A stretch of 64,000 nucleotides of DNA, from assembly GCA_963813155.1 (NCBI GenBank), contig CAWEYG010000003.1:800001-864000 (forward strand), written 5' to 3'. The number at the start of each line of letters is the position of its first letter. Positions within the stretch are counted from its first letter, which is position 1. Shown one piece after another: positions 60,433-64,000 of the stretch. Under the pieces are notes generated by a model. It worked only from the letters and a program-made list of their open reading frames with translations. It ran no database searches and was not told where the DNA came from. Origin of the DNA: an uncultured Acidobacteriota bacterium (lineage in GTDB: Bacteria > Acidobacteriota > Thermoanaerobaculia > UBA5066 > DATFVB01). A program made the position numbers and the translations under genes.

Positions 60433-61251
60433 TCTCCGCGCCTCGCCGCCAGGAGCCGCTCTTCGCGGGCGAGGTTGACGAAATCGGCGGCGGCCAGCTC
60501 TTCAGCGCGCGTCGAGGCCCGGAATCCGCAGGTTCCGAGGGCTTCCGCCCAGTCTTCCTTCGCCCCGAGCGCGGAAAGAGCGTTGGGCAGGTTCTTTCGG
60601 CGCATCTGGAAGGCCGCCGACGCGACGGCGAGAACGCGGACGAGCGGCTCTCCGCGTCGCGAGCGGTTCGCGCGGAACCAACCGAAGGACGGAAGAGACG
60701 ACCTTCGGGCGGGGACGAAAGGCTCCCGCCGAAATGTGGAACAGGATTTCTCCCCGGCAGAACAGGGCCGATCGCACCGACAGAAACCCGTAGTCGTCGC
60801 TTCCCGGCGCCGCGACGAAGCGCCGCGCCACCTCTCTCTGAACTGTCGAGACGATTCGGGACACCGAACCGGCATCCTCGATCGCCCGGGACAGGATCGG
60901 CGTCGCGACGTTGTATGGAAGATTCGCGACGAGAACGGCGGGAAGCGCCAGCGACGCGTCCGCGACCCACTCGGCGATCGGCCTTTGCAACACGTCGCCG
61001 CGCAGGATCCTCAGGGCCCCGCCGAGCTCGTCCTCCAGGGCCTCCGCGCGAAGAGGGTCGATCTCGACGGCGACGAGGCGTCCGGGAGCCGCCGCGAGCA
61101 GGTGTCGGGTCAGGGCTCCGTCTCCGGGCCCGATCTCGAGGACCGTTTCCCCGGCCCCGATCGCGGCCGCGGCGACGATCCGTTTCGCCGTCTCCGGATC
61201 GACGAGAAAGTTCTGCCCCCATCTTTTTCGGGCGGGAAACTGCGAAATCAC
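60429..61251 (-). CDS. rsmA: 16S rRNA dimethyladenosine transferase RsmA/KsgA; apparent frameshift near 60650
   Basis: WGQNFL, EIGPGDGALT, ANLPYN, QREVA, FRPRPKV; the C-terminal AAFQMRRKNL...RAEEL is in a second frame. Confidence 0.92.
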
Positions 61252-61392
61252 GCCCCATTCTCACACACCGGAAAACGCCAATCTGGCGCGGCGACGACGA
61301 ATGGGCGCGCGCGCAAACCGACTTTCCCAGCAAAATCTCTCTAGAATTCTGGCATTCCGGTTGCGTTTGTCCCGAGCCAGGGAGGAGTCCGC

Positions 61393-62388
61393 GTGGAAAA
61401 TTTGAACACCGTTCCGGCCGCCGAAGAGAGGCTCGAGGCGAGCCGCGACAAGATCGCCGGGCTTCGGCGCGCGGTTCACGTCGCGCTCGTGGGCCAGGAG
61501 CATTTCCTCGACCGGCTCCTCATCGGCCTTCTCGCCCGGGGCCATGTCCTCGTGGAGGGAGTCCCCGGTCTGGCGAAGACGCTCGCGATCCGGGCGCTCG
61601 CCGGCGGCGTGGACGCACGTTTTTCGCGGATTCAATTCACTCCCGATCTGCTGCCCGCCGACCTCACCGGCACGCTCATCTTTCACCCTGCCTCCGGCAC
61701 GTTCACCCCGAGGCTCGGCCCCGTGTTCGCGAACATCGTCCTCGCGGACGAGATCAACCGCGCGCCCGCGAAGGTCCAGTCCGCGCTGCTCGAGTCGATG
61801 CAGGAACGGCAGGTCACGATCGGCGACACGACGCATCCGCTCCCGGAGCCGTTCTTCGTTCTCGCGACCCAGAACCCGATTGAGCAGGAAGGGACCTACC
61901 CGCTGCCCGAAGCCCAGACGGACCGTTTCCTCCTCAAATGCGTCGTTCGCTACCCGTCGAAGGAAGAGGAGCTTCGGATCCTCGAGATCGCCTCTGCCGG
62001 GTTCCCTCCCCTCTCGCCGCCCGTGCTGTCGACCGGCGACCTCACGGACGCCGCCGGCGCCGTCGCCGGCCTGTACGCCGACCGGCGGATCCGCGAGTAC
62101 ATCGTCGCGCTCGCCGCGGCGACGCGCGCGCCACGCGAATCGGGGTTCCCGGAGGGTGCGCCCTGGATCGCCTACGGCGCCTCGCCCCGGGGGTCGATCG
62201 CGCTGCTCGCGGCGGCGCGCGGAAACGCCTTCCTCCAGGGGCGCTCGTTCGTGGTGCCCGAGGACGTCAAGGCGATCGCGCCCGACGCGCTCCGCCACCG
62301 GCTCGTGCTCACGTTCGAAGCGGAAGCCGAGGGCGTCCGGGCCGACGATGTGATCGAGCGGCTGCTCGGCAAGATTCCCGTCCCGTGA
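61393..62388 (+). CDS. moxR: MoxR-family AAA+ ATPase
   Basis: EGVPGLAKT, RIQFTPDLLPAD, DEINRAPAKVQSALLE, ATQNPIEQEGTYPLPEAQ.DRF. Confidence 0.95.
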   Translation: MENLNTVPAAEERLEASRDKIAGLRRAVHVALVGQEHFLDRLLIGLLARGHVLVEGVPGLAKTLAIRALAGGVDARFSRIQFTPDLLPADLTGTLIFHPASGTFTPRLGPVFANIVLADEINRAPAKVQSALLESMQERQVTIGDTTHPLPEPFFVLATQNPIEQEGTYPLPEAQTDRFLLKCVVRYPSKEEELRILEIASAGFPPLSPPVLSTGDLTDAAGAVAGLYADRRIREYIVALAAATRAPRESGFPEGAPWIAYGASPRGSIALLAAARGNAFLQGRSFVVPEDVKAIAPDALRHRLVLTFEAEAEGVRADDVIERLLGKIPVP

Positions 62389-63320
62389 CGCTCTTTTCCC
62401 GGCTCACCCGGCCCCGGCGCCGGCGCCTGGGCCGCGCACTCTCGGCCGAGGAGCTCTTTCGTCGGGTCGGACGGATCGCCGTCGCCGCGCGCAGGAAATC
62501 GGTCTCGCAGACGTCCGGCGACTACCGCGCCGTTTTCCACGGGCGCGGAATGGAATTCTCGGAAGTCCGCGAGTACCGGCCCGGCGACGACGTGAGGTCG
62601 ATCGACTGGAACGTCACCGCCCGAGCCGGGACGCCGTTCGTAAAGCTCTTCCGGGAAGAGCGGGACCGCACCCTTCTTTTCCTCGTCGACCTGTCGGCTT
62701 CCGAGGACTTCGGCTCGACGCTCGCGACGAAACGCGACCTCGCGGCGGAGGCGACCGCGGCGATCGCCCTCTCGGCGGCGGAAAACCGCGACCGCGTGGG
62801 CGCGATCCTCTTCACGGACCGGGTCGAAAAGATCCGCCGCCCGGCGCGCGGAAAGCCCCACGCGCTCTCGGTCGTCCGCGACGTGCTCACGCGTCCGCTC
62901 GAGGGTTTCGGTACGGATCTCGCCCTGGGAATTCGGGCGGCGAGAAATCTCCTCAAATCGCGCGCGCTCGTCGTCCTCATTTCCGATTTTCGCGCGACGG
63001 GCTACGCGAACGAGCTCGGCGCCCTCGCGCGCCGGCACGACGCCGTCGCCCTCGCCGTCTCCGACCCGGCCGAGCGCCGCTTCCCGTCGCGGGGGCTGTT
63101 CCGATTCCGCGACGCGGAGACGGGAGAGACTCGCGTCGCGGACGCGTCTTCCGCGGAATTTCGAAACCGCTGGGGCGCCGACGCGGCCGTCGGAGCGCGG
63201 GGAATCTGCCTGCGCTCCGGCGTCGACTTTCTCGAGCTGTCCTCGGATCGCGCGCCGTCGGCGGACCTCGCTTCGTTTTTCCGATCCCGGTTCCTCGCCC
63301 GGACGGGAAGGGTCGGATGA
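62385..63320 (+). CDS. DUF58 (vWA-like) protein
   Basis: GRGMEFSEVREYRPGDDVRSIDWNVTAR, DLSAS, LISDF; GTGA overlap with moxR. Confidence 0.92.
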   Translation: MTLFSRLTRPRRRRLGRALSAEELFRRVGRIAVAARRKSVSQTSGDYRAVFHGRGMEFSEVREYRPGDDVRSIDWNVTARAGTPFVKLFREERDRTLLFLVDLSASEDFGSTLATKRDLAAEATAAIALSAAENRDRVGAILFTDRVEKIRRPARGKPHALSVVRDVLTRPLEGFGTDLALGIRAARNLLKSRALVVLISDFRATGYANELGALARRHDAVALAVSDPAERRFPSRGLFRFRDAETGETRVADASSAEFRNRWGADAAVGARGICLRSGVDFLELSSDRAPSADLASFFRSRFLARTGRVG

Positions 63321-64000
63321 ACGGGACCGTCACGCTCTCTCCCCTGAAAGTCTCCGTCGGAGATCCGATCGAGGTGCGCGTCGCGTTCGACTGCCCGCCG
63401 TCCTCGAACGTTCTCGTCACGAACCCCGCTTCGTCCGGATCGCTCGAACGCCTCGCCGTCTCGCCGTGGAAATTCCGGCGAATGGGCGGACGGTGGCGCG
63501 TCGAACGGACCGAGCGCTGGGCGTCGTTCGCTCCGGGGACGTCGGCGAAGCTGCGCTACGGCATCCGGAGCGCGCCGGAAGGAGCGGTCGAGCTCGTCTC
63601 GCCGCCGATCGAAACGGTCTCCGTTCTTCCCCCGGGCAGCGGCGCGCCCCCCGTTTCGCCCCTGGCCGGGCCTCTCGAAAAGACGTACGTCCCGTGGGAG
63701 TGGGCGGCCGCGTTCGCGCTCGGCCTTCTGGTCGTGCTGCTGTTCGCGCGCTTCCTGCGGCGCAAGCGCGGAATGCGTTACTCGCCAAAATCGCCCGACG
63801 AGCAGTTCGAACAGGAGCTCGCGCTCCTCGATGAAAAGCTGTCCCGGGGCGAACCGGACGGGGAATTCTTCGACTGGCTGGCCGAGACGACGCGCTGGTA
63901 CCTCGAACAGAAGCTGAGGTTCCCGGCGCCGCGGCTGACCTCCTTCGAGATCTCGCGCGAGCTCGATCGGCAGCCGCAGACGATGCCGACGCGGGACGTC
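63317..64000 (+). CDS. Membrane protein of the moxR-DUF58 (Bat-type) operon; partial, runs off the right edge
   Basis: Translated by hand from ATG 63317 (ATGA overlap): MNGTVTLSPLKVSVGDPIEV...TM WEWAAAFALGLLVVLLFARFLRRKR...RWYLEQKLRFPAPRLTSFEI; open to the edge. Confidence 0.7.
   Translation, partial: MNGTVTLSPLKVSVGDPIEVRVAFDCPPSSNVLVTNPASSGSLERLAVSPWKFRRMGGRWRVERTERWASFAPGTSAKLRYGIRSAPEGAVELVSPPIETVSVLPPGSGAPPVSPLAGPLEKTYVPWEWAAAFALGLLVVLLFARFLRRKRGMRYSPKSPDEQFEQELALLDEKLSRGEPDGEFFDWLAETTRWYLEQKLRFPAPRLTSFEISRELDRQPQTMPTRDV

Noticed and set aside
54439-61344. Long plus-strand ORFs (647, 499 and 873 aa) and other alternate-frame ORFs
   Set aside because: They lie antisense to or overlap clear housekeeping genes and have no recognisable domains.
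61393-64000. moxR-DUF58-membrane protein operon as a novel system
   Set aside because: A widespread, previously described MoxR/vWA (Bat-type) arrangement.
1-64000. tRNA, rRNA, IS elements, integrases, prophage or defence genes
   Set aside because: No recognisable signatures; intergenic gaps are short and almost all sequence is accounted for by the CDSs listed.

Overview
GC-rich bacterial window; the gene content fits Acidobacteriota, possibly Thermoanaerobaculia, but that is inference. Bases 1 to ~51 kb are one large cell-surface glycan locus that continues past the left edge. The 1-33 kb part holds about 11 polytopic GT-C-like membrane proteins: four tandem 'PxWDQW' paralogs, two YfhO-like, one DUF2142-like, two PMT-like and two unassigned. 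It also has three DPM1/GtrB-type polyprenyl-phosphate sugar synthases, SAM methyltransferases, an RfbE-like epimerase pair and a sulfatase-fold protein. Four small lipoproteins there share one NBR1/FW-like Ig domain, and a fifth copy is fused to a GT-C protein. The 33-51 kb part is a more conventional Wzm/Wzt-dependent polysaccharide cluster (GT2/GT4 enzymes, DegT aminotransferases, a GNAT/FemAB protein, wecB). From 51 to 64 kb are housekeeping genes: rhomboid, HU, rsmB, fmt, acyl-CoA dehydrogenase, ftsK, rnj, rsmA and a moxR-DUF58 operon. Several genes, including rsmA, carry apparent frameshifts that look like assembly indels. I saw no rRNA, tRNA, CRISPR array or IS element. The best candidate for an undescribed system is the repeated module of lipid-P-sugar synthase, tailoring enzyme, GT-C transferase and Ig-domain lipoprotein. 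All family calls come from motifs read by eye, not from database searches.
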